Counted from the stretch's first letter, positions 38,363 to 48,499 are shown. The stretch: DNA of 64,000 nucleotides from Parcubacteria group bacterium (GCA_016204045.1 JACQLQ010000001.1:21515-85514); one strand, 5' to 3'. A program made the numbers and translations. The notes: generated by a model not told the origin, from the letters alone.

Positions 38363-39376
38363 ATGTCAAGTAACCCAACAGAGCCTCTTAAGAAGGACGC
38401 CGCCCTAGATCACCTCTTGCGCCCCGCAACACTGGGGGAGTATATAGGACAAAAACGGATAAAGCAAAACCTTGAAATTTTGCTCAAGGCGGCCAAAGAA
38501 CGCTCACATCCGCCGGAGCATCTTCTTTTTTACGGCCCACCGGGCTTGGGAAAAACAACGCTTGCAAACCTTATCGCCCGAGAACTTGGAGCAGACATTA
38601 AAACTACATCCGGGCCAGCAATAGAAAAGGTTGGTGATCTTGCTTCTATAGTTACCAACCTCTCTCCTGGGGATGTCCTTTTCATAGACGAAATCCATCG
38701 CCTTTCAAAAACAGTCGAGGAAATGCTTTACCCAGCAATGGAGTCTGGTAAGCTTGATATTATCTTGGGCAAGGGCCCTTCGGCCCGCATCATCCAGCTT
38801 GAGTTGGCGCCCTTTACGCTTGTTGCTGCCACAACACGCGTCGCCCTTCTCTCTGCGCCACTTCGTTCCCGCTTTTCGGGCGGAGTGTTTCGTTTGGAGT
38901 TTTATACCCTTGAAGAAATGAAGCAAATCCTTAGGCGCTCCGCCCAAATTCTTGGGGTTTCTTTACCTGAAGATGCCTGCGAGGAGATAGCAATACGAAG
39001 TAGGTGTACCCCAAGAACAGCAAACTATTTATTAAAACGGTGCCGAGATTTTGCTCAGGTCGCCAAACGCCCCCTTGAGAAGGATGCTGTGCAAAAAGCG
39101 CTATCACTTCTTGAAATCGACGAAAGGGGGCTCTCTGCCCTCGACCAGCAGATTCTTGCTGCTATTATCGAAAAATACCACGGTGGGCCCGTTGGTATTG
39201 GGACCATTGCTGCTTCTCTTTCTGAGGAACGCTCGACCATCGAGGAGGTTAATGAGCCCTACCTCATTCAGCTTGGGTTTCTCGAGCGAACATCGCGTGG
39301 ACGTGTGGCGACAGACGCGGCATACAAGCACCTTGGCCTTAAGGCACCAGAAAACAGACAGGAGCGCTTGATTTGA
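38363..39376 (+). CDS. ruvB: Holliday junction helicase RuvB
   Basis: LRP..EYIGQ, GPPGLGKTT, FIDEIHRL, LYPAME, EPYL. Confidence 0.97.
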   Translation: MSSNPTEPLKKDAALDHLLRPATLGEYIGQKRIKQNLEILLKAAKERSHPPEHLLFYGPPGLGKTTLANLIARELGADIKTTSGPAIEKVGDLASIVTNLSPGDVLFIDEIHRLSKTVEEMLYPAMESGKLDIILGKGPSARIIQLELAPFTLVAATTRVALLSAPLRSRFSGGVFRLEFYTLEEMKQILRRSAQILGVSLPEDACEEIAIRSRCTPRTANYLLKRCRDFAQVAKRPLEKDAVQKALSLLEIDERGLSALDQQILAAIIEKYHGGPVGIGTIAASLSEERSTIEEVNEPYLIQLGFLERTSRGRVATDAAYKHLGLKAPENRQERLI

Positions 39377-39454
39377 GCAGCGTGTCGTACGATTTTGCAC
39401 TTCCTTTAAAAACTTGAATAAAAATATTTTCTTCAGTTACAATACAGATACCAT

Positions 39455-39985
39455 ATGTCTGGTCATAATAAGTGGTCACAAATTAAAAGAAAGAAGGGCA
39501 TCACAGACGCAAAAAAGAGTCGCGAGTTTTCGAAGTTGGCACAGGTAATAACCATGGAGGCAAGGAGGGTTGGTGGCGACACAAACGCATCAACGTTAAA
39601 AAATGTCGTTGAGCGCGCCCGTGTTGCAAACATGCCTCTCGCAAACATTGAGCGGGCAATCAAGCGAGCCACAGAAAAAGACGCGGCCTCTCTTGAGGAG
39701 GTCACGTATGAAGCATATGGTCCTGGTGGTACCGCTATTATTGTCGAGTGTTTGACTGATAACAAAAACCGGACGGTTGCGGAGGTAAAGAAAATCCTTG
39801 CTGACAACAGCGCCGTGTTCGTCGAGCGCGGCGCCGCCAAGTGGGCTTTTGTAAAAGAAGGTAACGAATGGAACCCAACCTCCACCGTGTCCCCCGAAGA
39901 CGATGATCTTGAAAAGCTTGGGGCCTTGGTCGACGCACTTGAAGAGCAAAGTGACGTGCAGGGGGTGTTTACCAACGCCTCGTAA
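39455..39985 (+). CDS. yebC: YebC/PmpR family protein (short form)
   Basis: MSGHNKW, YEAYGPGG, TDNKNRT. Confidence 0.93.
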   Translation: MSGHNKWSQIKRKKGITDAKKSREFSKLAQVITMEARRVGGDTNASTLKNVVERARVANMPLANIERAIKRATEKDAASLEEVTYEAYGPGGTAIIVECLTDNKNRTVAEVKKILADNSAVFVERGAAKWAFVKEGNEWNPTSTVSPEDDDLEKLGALVDALEEQSDVQGVFTNAS

Positions 39986-39998
39986 ATCTGCCACGACA

Positions 39999-40487
39999 AT
40001 GAGAATCATTGCTATAGACCCGGGCTTTGAGCGTGTTGGGGTTGCTGTGTTGGAAAAATCAGCGGGTAAAGAAGTTCTCATCTTCTCTGATTGTATTAGA
40101 ACAAATCCTAAAGATGTTTTTGAAGAGCGTTTGCGCGTCATTGGAACCGCGTTTGGAAAGCTTGTCGAAACGTACGCACCTGAGGTTCTCGCGATAGAAA
40201 CGCTACTGTTTAACACCAATCAAAAAACAGCGATGAAGGTTGCCGAAGGGCGCGGAACCATCGTTTTCAAAGCAAAGGAGGCTGGGCTCCACGTCGAAGA
40301 ATATACCCCACTTCAAATAAAGGTTGCCATTACGGGTTGGGGGCGAGCCCCAAAAGAACAAGTGACACTCATGGTGAAGCAGCTTCTGCGCGTTCCTGAA
40401 AAGAAGGGGCGATTGGATGATGAATATGACGCAATCGCTGTGGGGCTTACCCACTTTGCCACAGAGAAAACTCGGTCACTCTCTTGA
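39999..40487 (+). CDS. ruvC: crossover junction endodeoxyribonuclease RuvC
   Basis: IAIDPG, AIE, YTPLQIK..TG.G.A.KEQV, DDEYDAIA. Confidence 0.95.
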   Translation: MRIIAIDPGFERVGVAVLEKSAGKEVLIFSDCIRTNPKDVFEERLRVIGTAFGKLVETYAPEVLAIETLLFNTNQKTAMKVAEGRGTIVFKAKEAGLHVEEYTPLQIKVAITGWGRAPKEQVTLMVKQLLRVPEKKGRLDDEYDAIAVGLTHFATEKTRSLS

Positions 40488-40630
40488 CGTAATTGGTTAT
40501 CCACAACCCAATCTTTTTTACTCTTGCATTACCAATAGAATCTGCTAAAAATAGAAGCACTGCGTCTTAGAGACGTAAGAAGTCCAATTAAAAGTTTTAG
40601 GTCGCAAATAAATTTTTAAATCATAAGCGC

Positions 40631-40759
40631 ATGTTACCTGACGAATTTGCACAAAGTGGAGAGCTCGGCCTCGAGGAAGAGGAGGCGGACGAAGAGGGTG
40701 AGGATGGAGTGGAAGGAGATGACACCCTTTTTGAGAGCGAAGAAGAGACCGAGGAATAA
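40631..40759 (+). CDS. unannotated 42-aa highly acidic peptide
   Basis: MLPDEFAQSGELGLEEEEADEEGEDGVEGDDTLFESEEETEE*; upstream promoter-like TTGCAT..TGCTAAAAA, downstream terminator. Confidence 0.6.
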   Translation: MLPDEFAQSGELGLEEEEADEEGEDGVEGDDTLFESEEETEE

Positions 40760-40768
40760 TTTGCATTG

Positions 40769-40815
40769 AACATAACAAAACTCGGTCGCTCAAGGCGACC
40801 GAGTTTTGTTATGTT
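40769..40815. terminator. bidirectional terminator
   Basis: AACATAACAAAACTCGGTCGC-tcaag-GCGACCGAGTTTTGTTATGTT perfect hairpin. Confidence 0.75.
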
Positions 40816-40819
40816 GGGC

Positions 40820-42034
40820 TCAAAGAAGAACGCGTAGGAACCGCCGCTTTCCGATTTTGAACGTTGTCGGTTTTGTAATGACGTGTTTTTCGTCTTCGAT
40901 CAGGTGTGCTTGGTCGAGATCTGTTACTGCTCCCTCTTTGACCAAACGTCTGAATTCCGTCTTTGATGCTACAGTTCCTTCTCGCAACAAAACATCGACG
41001 AGCAATTCTCCTGACGAAGCGGTCGTTTGCGGCGCCTCTCTTGGTGTGTCTTTTTTTTGAAATGTCGCAACAAAAAACGCCTCTGCCTCAATGGCATCTT
41101 TTTCTCCGTGGTATGTTTTCACAACCTCACGCGCAAGCAACATTTTTAGATCTCGCCGATTCTCGGGGTGTGAAAAATCTTTTTCCATTTTTCTAACATT
41201 AGAAATCGAAGCAAGTGTGGAGTGTTCGAGAACAGAGACTACTACTTCGTCGGGTAGCGCCATTACTTTACCGTACATGTCTTGCGGAGCGTCGTTCAGT
41301 GCAACATACCCACCCTCACTTTTGCTCATGAGTTTCTTTCCTGTCCGCGGATCTTCGAGTAGTGGGGTTGTGATGACAAATTTTTCTTTATTGTTATAGG
41401 TTTTTTGTAAATCACGACCAACAAGCATATTAAACGTCTGGTCGGTGCCCCCAACCTCTACGTCGACATCCATTGCGACACTGTCGTATCCCTGAAGAAG
41501 TGGGTAGAAAAATTCATGAAGGTAGATCGGTTTGTGCGCAATAAGGCGACGCTCAAACATGTCACGCTCAATCATGCGTTGCACAGTTACGTGTGCAGCA
41601 AGTTTAAGAATCTCTTCGGGAGAAAGTTTAGAGAGCCACACACTATTCTTTTTGATGACAGCTGGGTTTTCTTTGTCGTCTAGATGCAAAACTTTTCCCA
41701 CTTGTTTTTTCCATGTCTTGATGTTCTCTTCAATTTCTTCTTCTGTAAGGGCTTTTCGTGCTGCGTCCTTGTCGGTGGGATCCCCGATTCGTGCCGTAAA
41801 ATCGCCAAAAAGGACGATTATCTCGTGTCCAAGCTTTCTCATTCTCTCGAGGAGAATGAAGTTGGTTGCGTGACCAAGGTGAAGGTCGGGGCCCGTCGGA
41901 TCTGCTCCGATATAAAAGCGGAGGCGCTTGCCCGTAAGGAGTATTTTTTTTAACGCTTCTTTGGAGGGAAGAATGTTCGCGACGCTTCTTTCGAGTGCCT
42001 CGTCAATTTTTTTCTCATCGGTCAGAACGTTCAT
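40820..42034 (-). CDS. tyrS: tyrosine-tRNA ligase
   Basis: GADPTGPDLHLGH, GGTDQTFN, LMSKS, C-terminal S4-like domain. Confidence 0.97.
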   Translation of the reverse strand: MNVLTDEKKIDEALERSVANILPSKEALKKILLTGKRLRFYIGADPTGPDLHLGHATNFILLERMRKLGHEIIVLFGDFTARIGDPTDKDAARKALTEEEIEENIKTWKKQVGKVLHLDDKENPAVIKKNSVWLSKLSPEEILKLAAHVTVQRMIERDMFERRLIAHKPIYLHEFFYPLLQGYDSVAMDVDVEVGGTDQTFNMLVGRDLQKTYNNKEKFVITTPLLEDPRTGKKLMSKSEGGYVALNDAPQDMYGKVMALPDEVVVSVLEHSTLASISNVRKMEKDFSHPENRRDLKMLLAREVVKTYHGEKDAIEAEAFFVATFQKKDTPREAPQTTASSGELLVDVLLREGTVASKTEFRRLVKEGAVTDLDQAHLIEDEKHVITKPTTFKIGKRRFLRVLL

Positions 42035-42134
42035 ATACGGTATTGTACCATACGATTTCATTGGGCACGCAGGCTTCTTTGGTACCAAGAAAAATTGTCA
42101 ATCAATCTTTTGCGTGGTATTATAGCGCCATACC

Positions 42135-44645
42135 ATGCGAAAACGAAGGTTTTTTCTCAAAAACACACTCTTGGTCTTGTTCGCCATCGGCCTTTTTTCT
42201 ACCGGTGGTCTTTTGTTGTGGGCTTCAACCCTGCAAATTCCTGATCTCGAAACGTTTGATGAGCGGCGCGTTGTTGAAACAACAAAAATATACGATCGAA
42301 CTGGTGAGGTGCTCCTTTACGAGGCCAACCAAGACATTCAGCGCACAAGTGTGCCTTTTGACCTCATTTCTCGGCACCTCAAAAACGCAACGGTCGCTAT
42401 TGAAGATGCTGAGTTCTATGATCACTCGGGCATAAAACCGACAGCGATACTTCGAGCTGTTATTGTAAATATTTTTTCCTTGGGGTTCGAACAGGGAGGT
42501 TCTACAATTACGCAACAGGTTGTTAAGAACTCTTTGCTTACCTCAAAAAAGACCATACCAAGAAAACTCAAGGAGTGGGTGCTCGCACTTAAAATTGAGG
42601 GTGTGATGACAAAAGAGGAGATCCTCGAGCTTTACCTGAACGAAGCACCCTACGGAGGAAGCATCTACGGAGTTGAGGAGGCAAGCAGGGCGTTCTTTAA
42701 CAAGGGGGCTGAAGAACTCTCCTTGAATGAGGCGGCCTACCTGGCCTCTCTTCCGCAGGCGCCAACATACTACTCCCCTTACGGAAACAACCGGGAGGCT
42801 CTTGATCAACGAAAGGATATCGTCCTCGGGCGCATGCTTGAGCTCGGTTTTATAACTGAGGAAGAACATGCGGGGGCAAAGGGCGTCGTCGCGTCCTTTG
42901 AACCAGCCGCAACCCTCGGCATTCGTGCTCCGCATTTTGTTTTTTATGTCCTTGAGCAGTTGGAGGGAACGTACGGGCGCGAGCGAGTAGAAAATGGTGG
43001 GTTTCGTGTAATCACGACACTTGATTACGGCCTACAAGAAAAGGCCGAGGAAATCGTACGTCGTTACGCTGAAGAAAACGTTATAAAGTTTAAAGCAACA
43101 AACGCCGGGCTTATTGCTATTGACCCAAAAACTGGGCAGGTCCTTGTTATGGTGGGCTCAAAAAACTACTTCGCGGAAGACATCGATGGCAATTTTAATG
43201 TAACAACAAAGCCAAATCGACAGCCCGGGTCAGCCTTTAAGCCGTTTGTGTACGCAACGGCCCTAGAAAAGGGGTATACAGCCGATACGGTCGTCTTTGA
43301 CCTCCCGACGCAGTTTAGTACCGAATGTGATGCAAAAGGAAAGCCCCTCAGTCCGGATGTTAAGGAAGAGACGTGTTACATGCCCCAAAACTATGATGAG
43401 AAGTTTCGTGGACCAATAACATTCCGAGATGCACTCGCCCAGTCAATCAACGTTCCTGCGGTTAAGGTATTGTATCTCTCTGGTTTGCAAGACTCTCTTA
43501 AAACTGCCCGAAATATGGGCATCACAAGCCTGAACGATCCAAATCGCTACGGACTTACTTTGGTCCTTGGTGGTGGCGAGGTGTCGCTCATTGAGATGAC
43601 GAGTGCGTATTCGGTCTTTGCAAATAAGGGGGTTCGGAACCCACACTACAGCATCATTGAGGTAAGAGACGGAAATGGGGAAATGCTTGAGTCGTCAACT
43701 CCAAAACCCAAGCAGGTCTTGTCCCCCGAGATTGCTGGGACAATCACTGATATTCTTTCGGACAATAAAGCAAGGACACCCGCTTTCGGTGCCTCTTCCC
43801 CACTTTATTTTCCAGGAAGAGACGTGGCCGCGAAAACTGGTACAACGAACGATTCTCGCGACGCCTGGATTATTGGGTACACACCCAATATAGCTGTTGG
43901 TGCGTGGGTTGGAAACAACGACAACAGTGAAATGGTGAAAAGTGTTGCTGGGTTTATTGTTGCGCCGATGTGGAATGCGTTTATGAAGACTGCTCTTGAG
44001 AAACTTCCTGACGAACCTTTTGCTTCTGTTTCGTATGATTACCCAGACGGCTTTAAGCCCGTGCTTCGTGGTGTCTGGCAGGGCGGGGAAACGTACACCA
44101 TAGACACCGTATCTGGCAATCTTGCAACAGCACACACTCCTGAGGAGACGAGGAGAGAGGTTGTTCTCACTGACGTGCACTCAATTCTTTATTGGTTGAA
44201 CAAAGGAGACCCTCGAGGCCCCAGGCCGGCATTCCCTGAAGAAGATTCTCAGTTCCTGTTGTGGGAAGAGCCCGTTCTTCTCTGGGCGGCGGGGTTGGGC
44301 CTCGCAAAAGAAGCCTCACCGAGCATCCCACAAAAATACGACGAGGTGCACAAACCCGAGTATGCGCCATCACTTGCTGTGTTTGGTCTCGATGAAACCA
44401 CGTATCACAAGCGAAACGAGCGTGTTTCGTTTGCTGTCACTGGAAGTGGTGCACACACACTAAGCAGGGTTGATTTGTTCATAAACAACACGTATGTTGG
44501 CATGTCTGACCGAGCGCCGTTTCAGTTTTCTTTCGTTCCTGGGAATGTTTCTGGGCTGAAAAATGAAAACAAATTAACCTTGGTTGGATACGATACTGTA
44601 AAAAACAAAGGTGTGCGGGAGTTTGTCTTTCTTGTCGAGGACTAA
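42135..44645 (+). CDS. class A penicillin-binding protein (PBP1A family) with C-terminal Ig-like domain
   Basis: AIEDAEFY, GGSTITQQ transglycosylase; SAFK, SIN, KTG transpeptidase motifs. Confidence 0.95.
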   Translation: MRKRRFFLKNTLLVLFAIGLFSTGGLLLWASTLQIPDLETFDERRVVETTKIYDRTGEVLLYEANQDIQRTSVPFDLISRHLKNATVAIEDAEFYDHSGIKPTAILRAVIVNIFSLGFEQGGSTITQQVVKNSLLTSKKTIPRKLKEWVLALKIEGVMTKEEILELYLNEAPYGGSIYGVEEASRAFFNKGAEELSLNEAAYLASLPQAPTYYSPYGNNREALDQRKDIVLGRMLELGFITEEEHAGAKGVVASFEPAATLGIRAPHFVFYVLEQLEGTYGRERVENGGFRVITTLDYGLQEKAEEIVRRYAEENVIKFKATNAGLIAIDPKTGQVLVMVGSKNYFAEDIDGNFNVTTKPNRQPGSAFKPFVYATALEKGYTADTVVFDLPTQFSTECDAKGKPLSPDVKEETCYMPQNYDEKFRGPITFRDALAQSINVPAVKVLYLSGLQDSLKTARNMGITSLNDPNRYGLTLVLGGGEVSLIEMTSAYSVFANKGVRNPHYSIIEVRDGNGEMLESSTPKPKQVLSPEIAGTITDILSDNKARTPAFGASSPLYFPGRDVAAKTGTTNDSRDAWIIGYTPNIAVGAWVGNNDNSEMVKSVAGFIVAPMWNAFMKTALEKLPDEPFASVSYDYPDGFKPVLRGVWQGGETYTIDTVSGNLATAHTPEETRREVVLTDVHSILYWLNKGDPRGPRPAFPEEDSQFLLWEEPVLLWAAGLGLAKEASPSIPQKYDEVHKPEYAPSLAVFGLDETTYHKRNERVSFAVTGSGAHTLSRVDLFINNTYVGMSDRAPFQFSFVPGNVSGLKNENKLTLVGYDTVKNKGVREFVFLVED

Positions 44646-44672
44646 AAACACCCCCTACTGGGGGTGTTTTTT
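44645..44672. terminator. bidirectional terminator
   Basis: AAAAACACCCCC-tact-GGGGGTGTTTTT. Confidence 0.75.
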
Positions 44673-44728
44673 AATACTTAATTGCGGAAGACCGGGGTCG
44701 TAGTGTCCCAACTAGAGTACGGGGGGAA

Positions 44729-44986
44729 TCATCGTATGTCAGAAAACTGCCGTTCTTTGAGTTCGCTGTTTGCTATCTTTAAAATCCTTCCTCTTTCCAT
44801 AAAGATTGTTGCCTTAACTCCGTGGCGCTCTTTAACAAAGATTGTGTTGCCTTTGAGTACTATGGCCTTATCGTCAATGGAGATCCCCGTAACCTCCTCG
44901 ATTGCCTTACTGATACAAGTTTTTATATACGCCTCGGGTGGTGTGAGTGCTTGGTATTTACTGAGTAGGTTCTTTATCCAAGACAT
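44729..44986 (-). CDS. small hypothetical protein, possibly DciA/DUF721-like
   Basis: 85-aa ORF starting 5 nt after dnaN stop; beta-beta-helix pattern. Confidence 0.55.
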   Translation of the reverse strand: MSWIKNLLSKYQALTPPEAYIKTCISKAIEEVTGISIDDKAIVLKGNTIFVKERHGVKATIFMERGRILKIANSELKERQFSDIR

Positions 44987-44990
44987 GGAC

Positions 44991-46091
44991 TTATTGGTTT
45001 AAGGGCATAATCAGCGCCGTAAACGAACGGTCCCCAACCCCCTGGACCACCAATGGTTTTGATCCACCGTTACATTGCAAAGAAACACTGTCTGTTGTTA
45101 TTGATTGTAAGGAATCAACAACATACCTGTGGTTAAAATTGAGAGAGACGCCTTCTCCGGAAAAAGACGAGTCGATAAAGGCCGTATTCTCACCAACATC
45201 GGGGTTCCTTGAGGTAATAGAAAAAGTTTTCCCTTTTGGATCAACAACCAAGGTGATTTGGTTAAACTTGTCTGCAAAGAGGGTTGTTGTTTTTAGTGCG
45301 TTCACAAAATCCTGTTTCAACACAATAACCTCTGTTGTGTGCTCTTTGGGGATGATTTGTTTGTAGTCTGGGAAAACGCCCTGGATAAGCCTTGAGGTGA
45401 GGTAAATTCCTCCGCTCTTGAATGATATTTGGTTGTCGTCAAAAGATATTTTAATGTCTTCTTTTGTTGCATCAAAAACGCGGATAATCTCTGCGACATT
45501 TCTAATAGGAACAAGGAGTGTTTCTCCATCAACCTCTGTTTCGTAGTCAATAATTTTTTCAGCGAGTCGGAAGGAGTCGGTAGCTGTAAATGTAATTGTT
45601 TTGTTGTTAATACCGAGGAAAACACTGGCTATCTCGGGTTTAATATCGGAAACTGATGCACTGTACCAAACTGATCTTAGTCCGTTTACGAGTTTTTCTG
45701 GTTTAATCTGGATTGTCTTTTTATTCGATGAAACAACAGGGAGTGTTGGGAAATCCTCGTTCGGGAAACTTTTAATAACGGCTTTGTTTTTTTGTGATTG
45801 AACAAAGAGATTACCATCCTTAACTTCAAGAGATATTGTTTCGTCGGTTATGTTTGATAAGAGATTGTTTAGTATGTTTCCAGGAACAGCAACTATTCCT
45901 TTTTTGTGTACCTTAACAGGTAGTGTGATCTCTATTCCAATATCAAGGTTGGTTGCTCTAATAGTGATTGATTTATCATCAACAACAAGCAGGACTGTTC
46001 CAAGGATAGGTAGGGTGAGGTTTTTCCCAGTCATCTTCTCTGCAAAAGAGAGTGCGGTTTTTAATTTGTCCTTTCTGCTTTCTATTTGCAT
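44991..46091 (-). CDS. dnaN: DNA polymerase III beta clamp
   Basis: LPIL, ATNLD, DFPTLP, ATDSFRL, FPDYKQII, LIMP. Confidence 0.97.
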   Translation of the reverse strand: MQIESRKDKLKTALSFAEKMTGKNLTLPILGTVLLVVDDKSITIRATNLDIGIEITLPVKVHKKGIVAVPGNILNNLLSNITDETISLEVKDGNLFVQSQKNKAVIKSFPNEDFPTLPVVSSNKKTIQIKPEKLVNGLRSVWYSASVSDIKPEIASVFLGINNKTITFTATDSFRLAEKIIDYETEVDGETLLVPIRNVAEIIRVFDATKEDIKISFDDNQISFKSGGIYLTSRLIQGVFPDYKQIIPKEHTTEVIVLKQDFVNALKTTTLFADKFNQITLVVDPKGKTFSITSRNPDVGENTAFIDSSFSGEGVSLNFNHRYVVDSLQSITTDSVSLQCNGGSKPLVVQGVGDRSFTALIMPLNQ

Positions 46092-46343
46092 ATATAATTA
46101 AAGATAGTGAACTAATGATTATTGTTATTATTGGTATGTGGAAACAGTGGAAATCTATTTTACCCTTTAATATCAAAGCAAAACACAGCACCCAAAAAGA
46201 ACTACTTGTTTATTGCATGTGTATAACATGTTGTTAAAAACACTAGCATACAACCCACACGTCACCAACTCAAGAAATATACCAATCTTTTCAACAACCA
46301 ATCCCTACGTTATACCCAAACTTTCAACAACTAATCCACACAA
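46092..46343. other. oriC, downstream part (DUE/DnaA-trios and DnaA boxes)
   Basis: AT-rich; TAT/TAA trinucleotide run 46113-46136; boxes TGTGGAAAC 46137, TGTGTATAA 46218, TAATCCACA 46332. Confidence 0.8.
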
Positions 46344-47717
46344 CTAAAACATTGATCGGATCTGCTCAAGGTCTTGAGAAAGCACCACATCCATCGCAAT
46401 ATCCCTCTTAACCTTTTCACATGAATGGATAACTGTTGTGTGATCTCTTCCCCCCAACTTTTGTCCTATTGTCGGAAAAGAGATACCAAAGTCCTCGCGA
46501 AGCAAGAACATGATGATTTGTCGAGGGCGGACAACCTCCTTTCTCCTTGTTTTTTCATATATCACCCCTTTTTCTATGTTATAAAATCCGGAAACAATAC
46601 CAACAACATCATCAACAGACAATGATTTTCGAGGTTTTTCACTATTTTTTATAAGCGACTTAACCTCGTTTATTGTGAGATTGCGCTTTTTGAGCTGTGC
46701 TTGGCACACAATAACATTCAAAACACCCTCAAGCTCACGTATGCTTCCTCGCGCTGTGTTTGCGACGTGATCGATAATCTCGGGAGAAGGGCAAAAATCA
46801 ATATTCTTTGATTTTGATTGTAAAATCGCCACCTTTGACTCAAAGTTGGGGTCTTGAATATCAATAATCATACCCGCCCCAAAGCGTGAACGGAGGCGGT
46901 CCTCCAGAGTGCCAATATAGTTCGGGTGCTTATCGGAAGAAAAGATAATCTGTTTGTTTTTGTCGTAAAGCTCATTAAAGAGGTGGAAGAGCTCGTCTTG
47001 GGTGCTTTGTTTGCCGGTCAAAAACTGGACATCGTCCATAATTAAAACATCATATTTTCTATATTTTTCTTTAAAGGTTCCAACCTTGTTTGCCCCAACG
47101 GCGTTCACAAAATCAAGATAAAAACGTTCCGCCGTTACATAAAAGACCCTTTTGTCTTTTGCTGTCTCCTTTATTTTATTCCCCGTCGCTTGTAGAAGGT
47201 GTGTTTTGCCAAGACCAGTTCCTCCATAGACGAATAACGGATTATACGAGTGCCCAGGAGACTCTATAATCGAACGGGCGGCGGCATAAGCAACCTCGTT
47301 GAAGGGTCCCACGACGAACGAATCGAATGTGTACCGCGGGTTTAAGTTATCTTCCTTGTTAACGTAAAGATCCTTAAGAGGAAGCTCGTTTGTGTATGAC
47401 GGGACCCCACGCTCCTTTTCCTGTTTTTCGGTGTATTTTTCTCCTCGAGGGACAATAACGTAGTCAACACCCCGTACGTACGGAGAAACATTGCGCAGAG
47501 ACTTCAAAATAAACTTGTGATATTTCCCCTGAAGCCACTCTTTCACAAAACCATTAGGCACAGAGATATGTATTACCCCCTCCTCCTCCTTTAAAACACA
47601 AGTATTTTTAAACCACGTAGTAAAATTTGCCTTCGAAACGCTAAGTTCTATCTCAGTGAGGGCGCGTTCCCAGAGTTGCTCGATGTCGGTTGCTGTTTTT
47701 GTCTCTGATTCTTGCAT
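46344..47717 (-). CDS. dnaA: chromosomal replication initiator DnaA
   Basis: YTFDSFV, YNPLF.YG..GLGKTHL, RELEG, GGRDHTTV. Confidence 0.98.
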   Translation of the reverse strand: MQESETKTATDIEQLWERALTEIELSVSKANFTTWFKNTCVLKEEEGVIHISVPNGFVKEWLQGKYHKFILKSLRNVSPYVRGVDYVIVPRGEKYTEKQEKERGVPSYTNELPLKDLYVNKEDNLNPRYTFDSFVVGPFNEVAYAAARSIIESPGHSYNPLFVYGGTGLGKTHLLQATGNKIKETAKDKRVFYVTAERFYLDFVNAVGANKVGTFKEKYRKYDVLIMDDVQFLTGKQSTQDELFHLFNELYDKNKQIIFSSDKHPNYIGTLEDRLRSRFGAGMIIDIQDPNFESKVAILQSKSKNIDFCPSPEIIDHVANTARGSIRELEGVLNVIVCQAQLKKRNLTINEVKSLIKNSEKPRKSLSVDDVVGIVSGFYNIEKGVIYEKTRRKEVVRPRQIIMFLLREDFGISFPTIGQKLGGRDHTTVIHSCEKVKRDIAMDVVLSQDLEQIRSMF

Positions 47718-48001
47718 GAGGAGAAAGTTACAAGTGAATGAAGTGAAAGGCAGACACCAATAATCTCTATAGTATATCGGTAAACCAAACACGAGAGAAC
47801 TTGCGAAAAGAGCCTCAATATGTTGATAAGCTGTTCATAAGGTGTGTATAGCAACAAGTTGAACAGTTTTGGCTCGCGTGAGCAGATTTTTTCGTTGAAA
47901 CGAAACATACCAACCCAACAGCGAACTTTTTTGACACTTTTTGTGCCACTTGCGCACCACAATTTTGTTTTTAAGGCGTTTATGGTAGACTATGAAGCAT
48001 A
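47718..48001. promoter_or_regulatory. dnaA/rpmH divergent promoter region with DnaA boxes (oriC upstream part)
   Basis: TGTTGATAA 47821-47829, TGTTCATAA, TGTGTATAG 47843-47851; TGGTAGACT before rpmH. Confidence 0.6.
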
Positions 48002-48136
48002 ATGGCAAAGAAATATCATCCCAAAACAAGGAAAAGGAAGAAGACCCACGGGTTTTTGGTAAGGAAAAGAAGCGCAGGGGGGCGCAAAACCCTAAAAAGA
48101 AGACAGCGCAAAGGACGAAAGAGGTTAGCGGCATAA
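48002..48136 (+). CDS. rpmH: 50S ribosomal protein L34 (absent from ORF track)
   Basis: MAKKYHPKTRKRKKTHGFLVRKRSAGGRKTLKRRQRKGRKRLAA*; canonical position. Confidence 0.95.
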   Translation: MAKKYHPKTRKRKKTHGFLVRKRSAGGRKTLKRRQRKGRKRLAA

Positions 48137-48157
48137 TTCCCCACAGAGTCTCCTCCT

Positions 48158-48499
48158 ATGTTCCCCAAAAACCGTAGGGTGGCGAGGAGTGAATTTGCCC
48201 CCATTCTAAAAAAAGGGAGAACACTCCACTCCCCCCTTCTGTCTTTGCGAGTGCTCGAAAAGAAGCAGTGCGAGAAGGAACCAAGCACGTTCGCTTTTGT
48301 TGTGTCGAAAAAAGTCGCCGCAAAAGCAACAGCCAGAAACCGCATTAAGCGACGCGGCTACGCTACCCTTCGCGAGATTCAAAGCATTTCCCCGTGTCAT
48401 TCTTGCGTGGTTTTCTTCAAAAAAGGAGCAGACACAGCGTCGTTTGCTGCGCTCAAAAAAGAAATCCTCTCTCTTTTTAAGGAGGCGCAGCTCGTGTAA
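48158..48499 (+). CDS. rnpA: ribonuclease P protein component
   Basis: VVSKKVAAKATARNRIKRR. Confidence 0.93.
   Translation: MFPKNRRVARSEFAPILKKGRTLHSPLLSLRVLEKKQCEKEPSTFAFVVSKKVAAKATARNRIKRRGYATLREIQSISPCHSCVVFFKKGADTASFAALKKEILSLFKEAQLV

Noticed and set aside
39463-40219. Long antisense ORFs over yebC/ruvC (and similar ones over recJ, rluD, virB4)
   Set aside because: Shadow frames of well-supported genes with no motifs of their own.
44675-44728. GC-rich 50-nt stretch as a tRNA/tmRNA fragment
   Set aside because: No cloverleaf, T-loop or CCA context could be built.
47992-48177. 61-aa ORF upstream of rnpA
   Set aside because: Wrong frame; rpmH (48002-48136) occupies this region.
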